A DNA stretch of 64,000 nt from assembly GCA_943787785.1 (NCBI GenBank), contig CALSNT010000001.1:65423-129422 (forward strand). Direction: 5' to 3'. Position numbers and translations under genes: made by a program. The DNA is from an uncultured Rhodobacteraceae bacterium. Its GTDB lineage: Bacteria > Pseudomonadota > Alphaproteobacteria > Rhodobacterales > Rhodobacteraceae. The notes beneath the pieces are model-generated. The model was given only the letters and a program-made list of their open reading frames with translations. It was not told where the DNA came from and did not search any database. This document shows positions 12,315 through 21,114 of this stretch, piece by piece; positions within the stretch are counted from its first letter, which is position 1; the number at the start of each line of letters is the position of its first letter.

Positions 12315-14312
12315 GTGGCAGGCTGGCATGACGAACGACGGGAGGACGATTTGACGCCAGACGGGGCACCCCCGCAGTCGATCCCTGCGCTTCTGGCGCT
12401 TAACGCGGACCGCTTCCGCGACAGCCCGGCATTCCGAGAAAAAGAATACGGTATTTGGCAAAGCTGGACATGGGCCGAAGCGGCCGACGAGGTTGAGGCC
12501 ATGGCGCTGGGCCTGCTGGCACTAGGGGCGCAAAACGGTGACCATGTTGCGATCATCGGGCGCAACCGGCCGCAGCTTTACCTGTCGATGATTGCCGCCC
12601 AGAGCGTTGGTGCAGTGCCCGTCCCGCTTTACGCAGATGCGGTGGGGGATGAAGTGGCTTACGTCCTCGATCATTGTGGTGCGCGGTTCATCATCGCCGG
12701 CGATCAGGAACAGGTCGACAAGGTGCTGGAGGTACAGGACCGCCTGACCGGGTTGGAGCGGATCATCTATCTCGACGGGCGGGGTTTGCGGAAATACGAG
12801 CATGGGCATCTGACAAGTTTCGACGGGCTTAAACAATCGGGTCGGGACGCGCGGGATCGGTTGCGCGGCGAACTGGCAACGCGGCGCGCGGCACTGGACT
12901 ATGACGACACCTGCGTGATGCTCTATACATCCGGCACCACCGGGCGTCCCAAGGGCGTGGTGCTGAGCAATCGCAATATCATCGAGACCTCGAAGAACTC
13001 GGCTGAATTCGATCATCTGCGCCCCGACGACGCGATCCTCGCCTATTTGCCGATGGCTTGGGTCGGGGATTTCATCTTCTCGGTCGGGCAGGCGATGTGG
13101 ACGGGGTTCTGCGTCAATTGCCCGGAAAGTCCGGACACGATGATGACCGATCTGCGTGAGATCGGGCCGTCCTATTACTTCGCCCCACCGCGCGTTTTCG
13201 AACAACAGCTGACAAGCATCATGATCCGGATGGAAGATGCAAGTCTCCTGAAACAAAAGATTTTTCATCACTTCATGGCACATGCCAAGAAGGTCGGCCC
13301 GCGTTTGCTGGACGGTCATCAGGTCGGCCTGTGGGACCGGCTGAAATACCGGCTGGGCGAAATTCTGGTCTATGGTCCGCTGAAGAACACGCTGGGGTTC
13401 TCCAAGGTCCGTGTGGGCTATACGGCCGGTGAGGCGATCGGACCGGAGATGTTCGATTTTTACCGCGCGCTGGGGATCAACCTGAAGCAACTCTATGGGC
13501 AAACTGAAGCGTCGGTCTTCATCACCCAGCAGAAAGACAGCGAAGTGCGTGCCGATACCGTGGGCACTGCGACGCCGGGGGTGGAGCTGAAGATCGCTGA
13601 TAGTGGCGAAGTCTTCTATCGCGGTCCTGGCACCTTCGTGGAGTACTACAAGAACGCCGAGTCCACCGCCTCAACCAAGGACGCCGAGGGTTGGGTAGCT
13701 ACTGGTGATGCCGGGTTCATCGAAGAGGGCACCGGGCATCTGAGGATCATCGACCGGGCCAAGGATGTTGGCAAATTGGCCGATGGTAGCCTGTTTGCCC
13801 CGAAGTACGTCGAAAACAAGCTGAAGTTCTTCCCTGACATTCTGGAAGCCGTGGTCTTCGGCAACGGGCGCGACGAGGCCTGCGCCTTCATCAACATCGA
13901 CCTGACCGCCGTCGGCAACTGGGCCGAGCGCAACAACATCGCATACGCCAGCTATCAGGAACTGAGCCAGCACCGCCGAGTACTGGAGATCATCGCCGGT
14001 CACGTCTCAGAGGTGAACGCCAGCCTGGCCGCCGATGAGATGCTCAGCGGGTGCCAGATCGCCCGCTTCCTAGTGTTGCACAAAGAACTGGACGCTGACG
14101 ACGGTGAACTGACGCGAACCCGGAAGGTGAGGCGTGGACTGATCAGCGAGAAGTATGAAGATCTGGTTGGGGCGCTGTACGATGGGTCGCGCGAGGTCAC
14201 GACCGAGACCGAGGTGACTTATGAGGATGGTCGCAAAGGGAGTATCAAGGCGACGTTGGTTGTGGTGGCGGGGGATGTGGTTCCACGTGGGATGAAGGTG
14301 GCGGCGGAATGA
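12315..14312 (+). CDS. AMP-dependent (long-chain) acyl-CoA synthetase, first gene of the ABC operon
   Basis: ANL motifs MLYTSGTTGRPKGV, YGQTE, TGDAG and DRAKDV. The start (GTG 12315 or TTG 12354) is uncertain. Confidence 0.85.
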   Translation: MAGWHDERREDDLTPDGAPPQSIPALLALNADRFRDSPAFREKEYGIWQSWTWAEAADEVEAMALGLLALGAQNGDHVAIIGRNRPQLYLSMIAAQSVGAVPVPLYADAVGDEVAYVLDHCGARFIIAGDQEQVDKVLEVQDRLTGLERIIYLDGRGLRKYEHGHLTSFDGLKQSGRDARDRLRGELATRRAALDYDDTCVMLYTSGTTGRPKGVVLSNRNIIETSKNSAEFDHLRPDDAILAYLPMAWVGDFIFSVGQAMWTGFCVNCPESPDTMMTDLREIGPSYYFAPPRVFEQQLTSIMIRMEDASLLKQKIFHHFMAHAKKVGPRLLDGHQVGLWDRLKYRLGEILVYGPLKNTLGFSKVRVGYTAGEAIGPEMFDFYRALGINLKQLYGQTEASVFITQQKDSEVRADTVGTATPGVELKIADSGEVFYRGPGTFVEYYKNAESTASTKDAEGWVATGDAGFIEEGTGHLRIIDRAKDVGKLADGSLFAPKYVENKLKFFPDILEAVVFGNGRDEACAFINIDLTAVGNWAERNNIAYASYQELSQHRRVLEIIAGHVSEVNASLAADEMLSGCQIARFLVLHKELDADDGELTRTRKVRRGLISEKYEDLVGALYDGSREVTTETEVTYEDGRKGSIKATLVVVAGDVVPRGMKVAAE

Positions 14313-14360
14313 CGGATCGACGCTCGGCTACGCCATCGCCCCGCCCGCCATCCCGTTTTA

Positions 14361-14392
14361 GCCTCCGGCGGGAGTATTTGCGAAAAGAAGAG
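14361..14392 (+). repeat. Intergenic repeat copy B
   Basis: gcctccggcgGGAGTATTTGcGAAAAGAAGAg, preceded by complementary arms cccgcc/ggcggg. It ends about 10 nt upstream of the livG-like start. Confidence 0.6.
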
Positions 14393-14402
14393 GGGGTGGA
14401 GA

Positions 14403-15179
14403 ATGGCTGACTCCCCCGTCATGGAGCTGCGCAATATTACCCTGCGATTTGGTGGGGTTACGGCGATTTCGGACATTTCATTCGACATTCGCGAGGGGGA
14501 AATCCGGGCGATCATCGGGCCGAACGGGGCGGGGAAATCCTCGATGCTGAACGTGATCTCGGGATTCTATCATCCGCAGGCGGGAGAGGTGTGGTTTCGC
14601 GGTGAAAGGCGCCCCTCGATCAAGCCCTGGCAGGTGGCGCGGCAGGGGGTGGCGCGGACGTTTCAGAATATCGCGCTGTTCGAGGGGATGAGCGTGCTGG
14701 ACAACGTTATGACCGGGCGGCTGACGCATATGAAAGCGGGGCTTCTGGCACAGGCCTTCTGGCGCGGGAAGGCCGAGCGGGAGGAGATCGAGAATCGGCA
14801 GAAGGCCGAGGAAGTGATTGATTTTCTTGAGATTCAGCACATTCGCAAGACTCCGGTGGGGCGGCTGCCATACGGGTTGAAAAAGCGGGTGGAACTGGCC
14901 CGGGCGTTGGCGGCGGAGCCGAAAATCCTGCTGCTGGACGAACCGATGGCGGGCATGAACGTCGAGGAAAAAGAGGATATGTCTCGCTATATCCTTGATG
15001 TGAATGACGAATTTGGAACGACGGTGGTGTTGATCGAACATGACATGGGCGTCGTCATGGACCTGTCGGACCGGGTTGCGGTGATGGATTACGGGCGGCT
15101 GATCGGCGACGGCACCCCTGCCGAGGTACGGGGCAATCAGGATGTGATCGACGCCTATCTGGGGGTGGCCCATGATTAG
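14403..15179 (+). CDS. ABC transporter ATP-binding protein (LivG-like)
   Basis: Walker A GPNGAGKSS, signature LPYGLKKRVELA, Walker B ILLLDEP. Confidence 0.9.
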   Translation: MADSPVMELRNITLRFGGVTAISDISFDIREGEIRAIIGPNGAGKSSMLNVISGFYHPQAGEVWFRGERRPSIKPWQVARQGVARTFQNIALFEGMSVLDNVMTGRLTHMKAGLLAQAFWRGKAEREEIENRQKAEEVIDFLEIQHIRKTPVGRLPYGLKKRVELARALAAEPKILLLDEPMAGMNVEEKEDMSRYILDVNDEFGTTVVLIEHDMGVVMDLSDRVAVMDYGRLIGDGTPAEVRGNQDVIDAYLGVAHD

Positions 15180-15225
15180 GGAAAGTTGCGGTCTGCAAAG
15201 CGTCGGCAAAGCGTATGCAAAACGT

Positions 15226-15713
15226 ATGGCTCGGCTTGGCCTCACGCTGATCCTGCTTGGAGGATCTGCCAGCGCGCAGTCGCCTGAAACTCAGCTGGCG
15301 CTGGAAGAGCTGACGATGATCCACTGTCTTGCGGGCACCGTGCGCGAGGATGCTTATGATACCGATTTTCTGTTCCCGCTGGCCAGCGCGGATGCAGCGC
15401 AGCTGTTGGGCACGCATGAGGGTGAGACGTTCTTTGGCCGCTCGCGCAAAGTACTGCTGAACCTGCCGGGCGATGGCAGTTGCTCGGTCTATAGTTTCGA
15501 GGCGGCGGTTGGCGATGTGCAAGCGTTCGGGGCTGAGTGGTTCGGCACCGGTCGCACGCCATTTGAGCTGGTCGAGGCGGCGGGCGATCCCGAGATGAAA
15601 CGATGACGGCAGCGTATCGCGGTACGGACGGCAATTTCGACGGCGTCCAGGTTCTGGTCCGGACCGAGGCCGATGCCTCAGTCGCGGTCGTCACCATAGT
15701 GCGAGACAAGTGA
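15226..15713 (+). pseudogene. Hypothetical secreted protein inside the ABC operon, probably broken by a 1-nt frame disruption near 15600
   Basis: Signal peptide MARLGLTLILLGGSASAQ. ORF 15172..15606 stops at ...DPEMKR. Translation then continues in another frame as MTAAYRGTDGNFDGVQVLVRTEADASVAVVTIVRDK, up to the stop at 15711-15713. Confidence 0.4.
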
Positions 15714-15721
15714 GGGATCGG

Positions 15722-16681
15722 ATGGAACTACTGAAAGACATCACTGTTAACCCCTTCGCCGACATGATCGGTGCTCCGGATTTCCTGTTGCAGGTTCTGT
15801 GGGAAGGGTTGGTCAGCGGGGTGCTTTATGCGCTGATCGCGCTGGGGCTGGTGATCATCTTCCGATCCTCGCGCATCTTCAATTTTGCCCAAGGCATCAT
15901 GGTGGTCTTTGCCGCGCTGACGCTGGTGGGGCTGCATGAATTGGGGGTGCCGGCCTGGGTGTCGGTGGCGCTGACGCTGGCGGTGATGCTGGGGCTGGCC
16001 TTCAGCATCGAACGGATCGTGCTGCGCCCGCTGGTCGGGCAGCCGGATATCATCCTGTTCATGGCGACCATCGGCATCACGCTGTTCCTGATCGGGTTCG
16101 GAGAGCTGATCTTTGGCGGCGAGAACAAGGTAATGATCACAGAGCAATTGGGCATCCCGACGGGGTCCTATGCGCTGGAGCCGTTCGGCGGCTTCCTGTT
16201 GCTGGAGCAGAAGGACATCACGGTGGTTGTGGCCGCTGCTTTGCTGGTTGTCGGATTGCTGGCGTTCCTGAACTACTCGCGCATGGGCCGGGCGATCCGG
16301 GCGCTGGGGGATGACCATCAGGCGGCGCTGTCGGTGGGGATCAGCCTGCAGACGATCTGGGTACTGGTCTGGTTCATCGCCGGGGTGATTGCGCTGGTCA
16401 CCGGCATCGCCTGGGGGTCGCGTGCCGGGGTCAGCTTTGCGCTGGAGGTCATTGCCTACAAGGCGCTACCAGTTTTGATGCTGGGCGGTTTGGAATCGAT
16501 CAGCGGTGCGATCATCGGTGGGCTGGCGATCGGGCTGCTGGAGAAACTGTTCGAGATCTACTGGGGGCAGCCGCTGCTGGGTGGCAATACCGAGACCTGG
16601 TTCGCCTTCGTGCTGGCGCTGATCGTCCTGCTGTTCCGCCCGCAAGGCCTGTTCGGCGAGAAGATCATTGAGCGGGTGTGA
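15722..16681 (+). CDS. Branched-chain amino acid-type ABC permease (LivH-like)
   Basis: Polytopic protein with LVSGVLYALIALGLVIIF... and a conserved LivH-type core. ATG at 15722. Confidence 0.85.
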   Translation: MELLKDITVNPFADMIGAPDFLLQVLWEGLVSGVLYALIALGLVIIFRSSRIFNFAQGIMVVFAALTLVGLHELGVPAWVSVALTLAVMLGLAFSIERIVLRPLVGQPDIILFMATIGITLFLIGFGELIFGGENKVMITEQLGIPTGSYALEPFGGFLLLEQKDITVVVAAALLVVGLLAFLNYSRMGRAIRALGDDHQAALSVGISLQTIWVLVWFIAGVIALVTGIAWGSRAGVSFALEVIAYKALPVLMLGGLESISGAIIGGLAIGLLEKLFEIYWGQPLLGGNTETWFAFVLALIVLLFRPQGLFGEKIIERV

Positions 16682-16695
16682 GCGCGCGTCCCGGC

Positions 16696-16719
16696 AATCT
16701 GCCCCGTTGGGGACAGATT
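16696..16719 (+). terminator. Hairpin immediately after the livH-like gene
   Basis: aatctgcccc-gtt-ggggAcagatt (10 bp stem with one bulge) followed by a short T run. Weak intrinsic-terminator features. Confidence 0.35.
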
Positions 16720-16780
16720 TCAGCCGCGAACGCACGCCGTGCCGAACGGGCGGAGCCCCAGAGGCCTGCGCGGAGCGTCC

Positions 16781-17080
16781 TCAGGATCCGCCGCTTGCAA
16801 TGAACAACAGCAGAATGACCATTGCGAAGAACACCAGGAGGCCGAGGGCGAGGGCTGCCTTGAACGTGATGTCGAGAAAGACCGCCGCAACGCCAGCGCC
16901 TGCTACGCAGACGACGCCCGCGCCCAGCACCCAGCCGAGGGCATTGGCCAGCCCGCGCAGGAACTGGCGCAGGAACGCGGTGGCGAAGCCTTCGTTCGGG
17001 TTACGCGGTTGTTCAGGAATCGCAATGTTTGGCCTCCTATCGGTTCTGCGCGGAGTTTGGTTGAAGATCGTGGCGAGCAT
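16781..17080 (-). CDS. Small membrane protein (hypothetical), antisense to the ABC operon
   Basis: MLATIFNQTPRRTDRRPNIAIPEQPRNPNEGFATAFLRQFLRGLANALGWVLGAGVVCVAGAGVAAVFLDITFKAALALGLLVFFAMVILLLFIASGGS, with two clear TM segments. No convincing RBS. The longer 16781..17254 version has a non-coding-looking N-terminus. Confidence 0.4.
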   Translation of the reverse strand: MLATIFNQTPRRTDRRPNIAIPEQPRNPNEGFATAFLRQFLRGLANALGWVLGAGVVCVAGAGVAAVFLDITFKAALALGLLVFFAMVILLLFIASGGS

Positions 17081-17535
17081 ATGACTGAGGTCATAATCGC
17101 ACACATCAGGGGCGCGCCAGAGCCTGGGTGGGCGTGAAGCGCCCTCCCGGGGAGAGGGTCGGGCCCGGGCCAAGTGGCCCGAGCCTTGAAAGAATGCAGT
17201 GCGATGGTCGACCACGCCGGGAAGACAGCCGGTGCCGCCCAAGCCAAATGCCACCGGTCTCTGGCATCTGATCGTTGCCTATCCGGTTCGATTGCCGGAG
17301 TAGGTTTGGCAGTCGGTGACTACAGGACTGTTCGCTAGGTCTGTTCCGGCCTCGCTCGTTGGTTCCCGGCTGGAACCATTCCGGTTGGTCTGCAAATGCG
17401 ATTGGCTTTGGTCATGTTCTGGGCTTGGACGTCAGACTTGGCGCTGGCTGTGCAGCTGGACGCTTGGGTCATTGCGGTCAATTGTCTACGCAGCGATAAT
17501 GTGGATCAGTCTGCGATCAGTGGAGCAAGCGCCTA

Positions 17536-18616
17536 ATGCTCTACCGCACCGCAGGCCAGTTCAAGACAACCTACCGCGCCGATCAGGCGTCTGTTCCCGG
17601 TGCGCCAGGATGCGTTCCTGCTGGGCATCATTCTGATTTTCGCCTGGGCGGTGTTTCCGCTGACCGCCTCGCGAATTCGCGTTTCAGACGTTGCTGATCC
17701 CGGTGCTGGTGTACTCGCTGGCCGCGCTCGGGCTGAACATTCTGACCGGCTATGCCGGGCAACTCAGCCTCGGGACCGGGGCGTTCATGGGGGTCGGGGC
17801 CTATGCCTGTTATAAGCTGATCACGATCTTTCCTGAGATGAACCTCATCATGCCGCGGTCCTGCTGAGCGGGTTTTTTGCCGCCGCGATTGGCGTGGTCT
17901 TCGGGCTGCCGAGCCTGCGGATCAAGGGGTTCTACCTCGCCATCGCAACGCTCGCCGCGCAGTTCTTTCTGGTCTGGTTGTTCGAGAAATGGGCCTGGCT
18001 GTACAACTTCAACGCCTCCGGCGCCATTCAGGTGCCAAACGTCAAGATGTTCGGGGTCTGGGTGGCGGGGCCGCAGGCGGCCTCGGTCACGCAGTATTAC
18101 GTGGTGCTGGGGATCGTCACGCTGCTGACCATCGTCGCGATCAACCTGACGCGGGGCAACCTGGGGCGGACCTGGAAGGCGACGCGGGATATGGATATCG
18201 CGGCGGAGTTGATCGGGATCAACCTGCTGCGCTCAAAACTGACGGCGTTCGCCGTGTCGTCCTATATCATCGGGGTGTCCGGCGCGTTGTTCGTGTTCCT
18301 GTGGCGCGGCGCTGCCGAGCCGAACCTGTTCGACATTCCGCTGAGTTTTCGGGTGCTGTTCATCGTCATTATCGGTGGGCTGGGCTCGATCCTTGGGAAT
18401 TACATGGGCGCGATCCTGATCGTCGCCCTGCCGGTCGTGCTGAACATCCTGCCGGGATGGCTGGGGCTGGACATTGAAAGTGCCACCATCGAACATCTGA
18501 ACATCATGATCGTCGGCGCGCTGATCATCTTTTTCCTGATCATCGAACCGCACGGGCTGGCGCGGCTTTGGGCGCTGATCCGCGAAAAGCTCATCATCTG
18601 GCCGTTCCCGCATTAG
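17536..18616 (+). pseudogene. Branched-chain amino acid-type ABC permease (LivM-like), 3 frame disruptions in the first about 330 nt
   Basis: The N-terminus MLYRTAGQFKTTYRADQA continues in other frames as LFPVRQDAFLLGIILIFAWAVFPLTAS, then EFAFQTLLIPVLVYSLAALGLNILTGYAGQLSLGTGAFMGVGAYACYKLITIFPEMNLI. The intact ORF 17894..18616 follows. Breaks lie near 17588 (+1), 17674 (+1) and 17852 (-1). Confidence 0.8.
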
Positions 18617-18645
18617 GGGCGGCCCAATAACCAAGGGAGAGAACC

Positions 18646-19953
18646 ATGAGACATTTTGTGAAACTGGCTACTGCCGGGGCGATTGCCGCCATGACCGCAG
18701 GTGCCGCAGTGGCGGAAAGCCACGGCGGGATTTCCGTGCCGAACCTCAGCTATCGCACCGGGCCGTTCGCGGCCACGGGGATTCCGCTGATGAACGGGCA
18801 GCGCGACTACATCGCGATGCTGAACGCGCGCGATGGCGGTGTTGGTGGTGTGATGCTGAACTATGAGGAATGCGAGACCGGCTATTCCACTGAAAAGGGC
18901 GTGGAGTGTTATGAGAAGACCAAGGGCTCGGCGGTCGTGACCCAGCCCTGGTCGACCGGGATTACCCTGCAGGTTTTGCCCAAGACCAATGTCGATGAAA
19001 TTCCGATTCTGGCACCGGGCTATGGCTTCTCGCCCATGGCGAACGGCAAGGTGTTCAGCTGGGCGTTCAACCCGCCGTCGTCCTATTGGGACGCGGCCAG
19101 CATGATCCTGCAGTATGTGGCCGATGGCGATATGGACAGCTTGTCGGGCAAGAAGATCGCTCTGCTGCATTTGGACCACCCCTATGGCAAGGAACCGATC
19201 CCGCTGTTCGAGGCGATGGCCGAAAAGCACGGCTATGAGTTTCTGCCGATCCCGGTGGGTCTGAAGGAAATGCAGAACCAGTCGGCACAGTGGCTGCAGG
19301 TGCGGCGCGAACGTCCCGACTATGTGGTTATGTGGGGCTGGGGTGCGATGAACGCCGGGGCGATCACCGAAGCGGTAAAGACCAAATATCCGATGGATCA
19401 GTTCATCGGAGTCTGGTGGTCGGGTCATGACGGCGACCTTGGGGCCGTTGGCGATGCTGGCAAAGGCTATAAGTCGATCAGCTGGTCGGTGCCGCAGCCG
19501 GACGCGCAGGTCATGGCCGACATCAAGACCCATGTCATTGATGAGGGGCTTTCGGACACGCCGGAAGATCAGTTCAACTGGGTGTTCTACCAGCGCGGCG
19601 TAATGATTTCGGCGATGTTGGTCGAGGCGATCAAGGCCGCTCAGGCGCAGACGGGTGAGGCGAATATCACCGCCGCACAACTGCGGTCAGGTCTGGAAGC
19701 CATCGACATGTCCGAGGCGAAGCTGGCCGAGCTGGGGATGTCCGGCATGATCGTGCCGTTCCAGACCTCGTGCGAGGATCACACCGGTCACGGTGGCGGT
19801 TGGATGCTGGAATGGGACGGGGCGCAGTTTGTGCCCGTGTCAGACCTGCTGACCCCGGATCGTGAGGCGATCGTTGGCTTGGAAGAAGAAAAGGCGGCAG
19901 AATATGCCGAGGCCAATGCACCCTGGGCGATGAACCCCAACTGCGGCGGATAA
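18646..19953 (+). CDS. ABC transporter substrate-binding protein (LivK/amide-type periplasmic binding fold)
   Basis: Signal peptide MRHFVKLATAGAIAAMTAGAAVA, 435 aa, lying between the permease and ATPase genes. Confidence 0.85.
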   Translation: MRHFVKLATAGAIAAMTAGAAVAESHGGISVPNLSYRTGPFAATGIPLMNGQRDYIAMLNARDGGVGGVMLNYEECETGYSTEKGVECYEKTKGSAVVTQPWSTGITLQVLPKTNVDEIPILAPGYGFSPMANGKVFSWAFNPPSSYWDAASMILQYVADGDMDSLSGKKIALLHLDHPYGKEPIPLFEAMAEKHGYEFLPIPVGLKEMQNQSAQWLQVRRERPDYVVMWGWGAMNAGAITEAVKTKYPMDQFIGVWWSGHDGDLGAVGDAGKGYKSISWSVPQPDAQVMADIKTHVIDEGLSDTPEDQFNWVFYQRGVMISAMLVEAIKAAQAQTGEANITAAQLRSGLEAIDMSEAKLAELGMSGMIVPFQTSCEDHTGHGGGWMLEWDGAQFVPVSDLLTPDREAIVGLEEEKAAEYAEANAPWAMNPNCGG

Positions 19954-19960
19954 GCTGAAT

Positions 19961-20020
19961 GCCCTCCGGCGGCGGCATTTGGTTGCCGCCGGGGATTTTT
20001 GAGTATTTGTGAAAAGAAGA
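19961..20020 (+). repeat. Intergenic repeat copy C
   Basis: Hairpin ccggcggc-ggcatttggtt-gccgccgg followed by ggatttttGAGTATTTGtGAAAAGAAGA. It ends 10 nt before the livF-like ATG. Confidence 0.6.
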
Positions 20021-20029
20021 CATCAGACG

Positions 20030-20851
20030 ATGCTGGATGCCGAACCCGCTGAGACCCTGCTTGAAGTCAACAATATCGAGGTGATCTACAATCACGTCAT
20101 TCTGGTGCTGAAGGGCGTCAGCCTGTCGGTGCAAAAGGGTGGGATCACCGCACTTCTGGGCGGCAACGGGGCCGGGAAGACCACGACACTGAAGGCGATC
20201 AGTAACCTGCTGCATTCGGAACGGGGCGAGGTAACGAAGGGCAGCGTGTCCTATCAGGGCAAGTCGGTGGCCAAGCTGGACCCGTCCGCATTGGTGAAGC
20301 GCGGCGTCGTTCAGGTGATGGAGGGGCGGCACTGTTTTGAGCATCTGACGATTGAGGAGAACCTGCTGACCGGGGCCTATACACGGCGCGATGGGGCAGC
20401 GGCGATCTCGGCGGATTTAGAGTTGGTTTACGGTTACTTCCCGCGCCTGAAAGAGCGGCGAAAATCGCAAGCTGGCTATACCTCGGGCGGAGAGCAGCAG
20501 ATGTGCGCGCTGGGCAGGGCATTGATGGCACGGCCCAAGATGATCCTGCTGGATGAACCCTCGATGGGGCTGGCGCCGCAGTTGGTGGAAGAGATTTTCG
20601 GTATCGTGAAGGCGCTGAACGAAGGGGAGGGCGTGACCTTCCTGCTGGCCGAGCAGAACACCAACGTGGCGCTGCGGTTCGCGCATTATGGATATATCTT
20701 GGAGGGCGGTCGCGTGGTGATGGACGGCCCTGCTGAGGCACTGCGAGAGAATCCTGACGTCAAGGAATTCTATCTGGGGGTCGGCGAAGAAGGGCGAAAA
20801 TCCTACCGCGATGTGCGCAGTTACCGGCGGCGCAAACGGTGGCTGAGTTGA
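20030..20851 (+). CDS. ABC transporter ATP-binding protein (LivF-like)
   Basis: Walker A GGNGAGKTT, signature SGGEQQM, Walker B MILLDEPS. Start taken at MLDAEP. Confidence 0.9.
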   Translation: MLDAEPAETLLEVNNIEVIYNHVILVLKGVSLSVQKGGITALLGGNGAGKTTTLKAISNLLHSERGEVTKGSVSYQGKSVAKLDPSALVKRGVVQVMEGRHCFEHLTIEENLLTGAYTRRDGAAAISADLELVYGYFPRLKERRKSQAGYTSGGEQQMCALGRALMARPKMILLDEPSMGLAPQLVEEIFGIVKALNEGEGVTFLLAEQNTNVALRFAHYGYILEGGRVVMDGPAEALRENPDVKEFYLGVGEEGRKSYRDVRSYRRRKRWLS

Positions 20852-20852
20852 T

Positions 20853-21104
20853 ATGATTACCAACATCATCGACAGGCGAAAACGGTTCTTTCGCTGGCGC
20901 GAGGTCAATGCCGTGATCGAGAGCACCTGGCATGACAACGATTGCAAGGATGCCGATCAGGCAACATCGGACGCCGCCGATCAGGTCGCCTATGACCAGC
21001 GCATGAACATCAGCGTCGAGGACGCGATCAAATGGGCGTCGGCGGAAACTGCCGAAGTAACGCTCTTTCTCTATGACAAAGGTGAAGGCATTGCCCCGCT
21101 TTAA
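20853..21104 (+). CDS. Small hypothetical protein (83 aa)
   Basis: The ATG lies 2 nt after the livF-like stop. No recognisable domain. Visibly lower GC than its neighbours. Confidence 0.4.
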   Translation: MITNIIDRRKRFFRWREVNAVIESTWHDNDCKDADQATSDAADQVAYDQRMNISVEDAIKWASAETAEVTLFLYDKGEGIAPL

Positions 21105-21114
21105 CGGACTTGGC

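Noticed and set aside
12522-13502. 326-aa reverse ORF inside the acyl-CoA synthetase gene
   Set aside because: It is the antisense shadow of a gene with unambiguous ANL motifs.
18613-19680. 355-aa reverse ORF opposite the substrate-binding protein gene
   Set aside because: It is an antisense shadow, rich in His/Arg/Pro, with no motifs.
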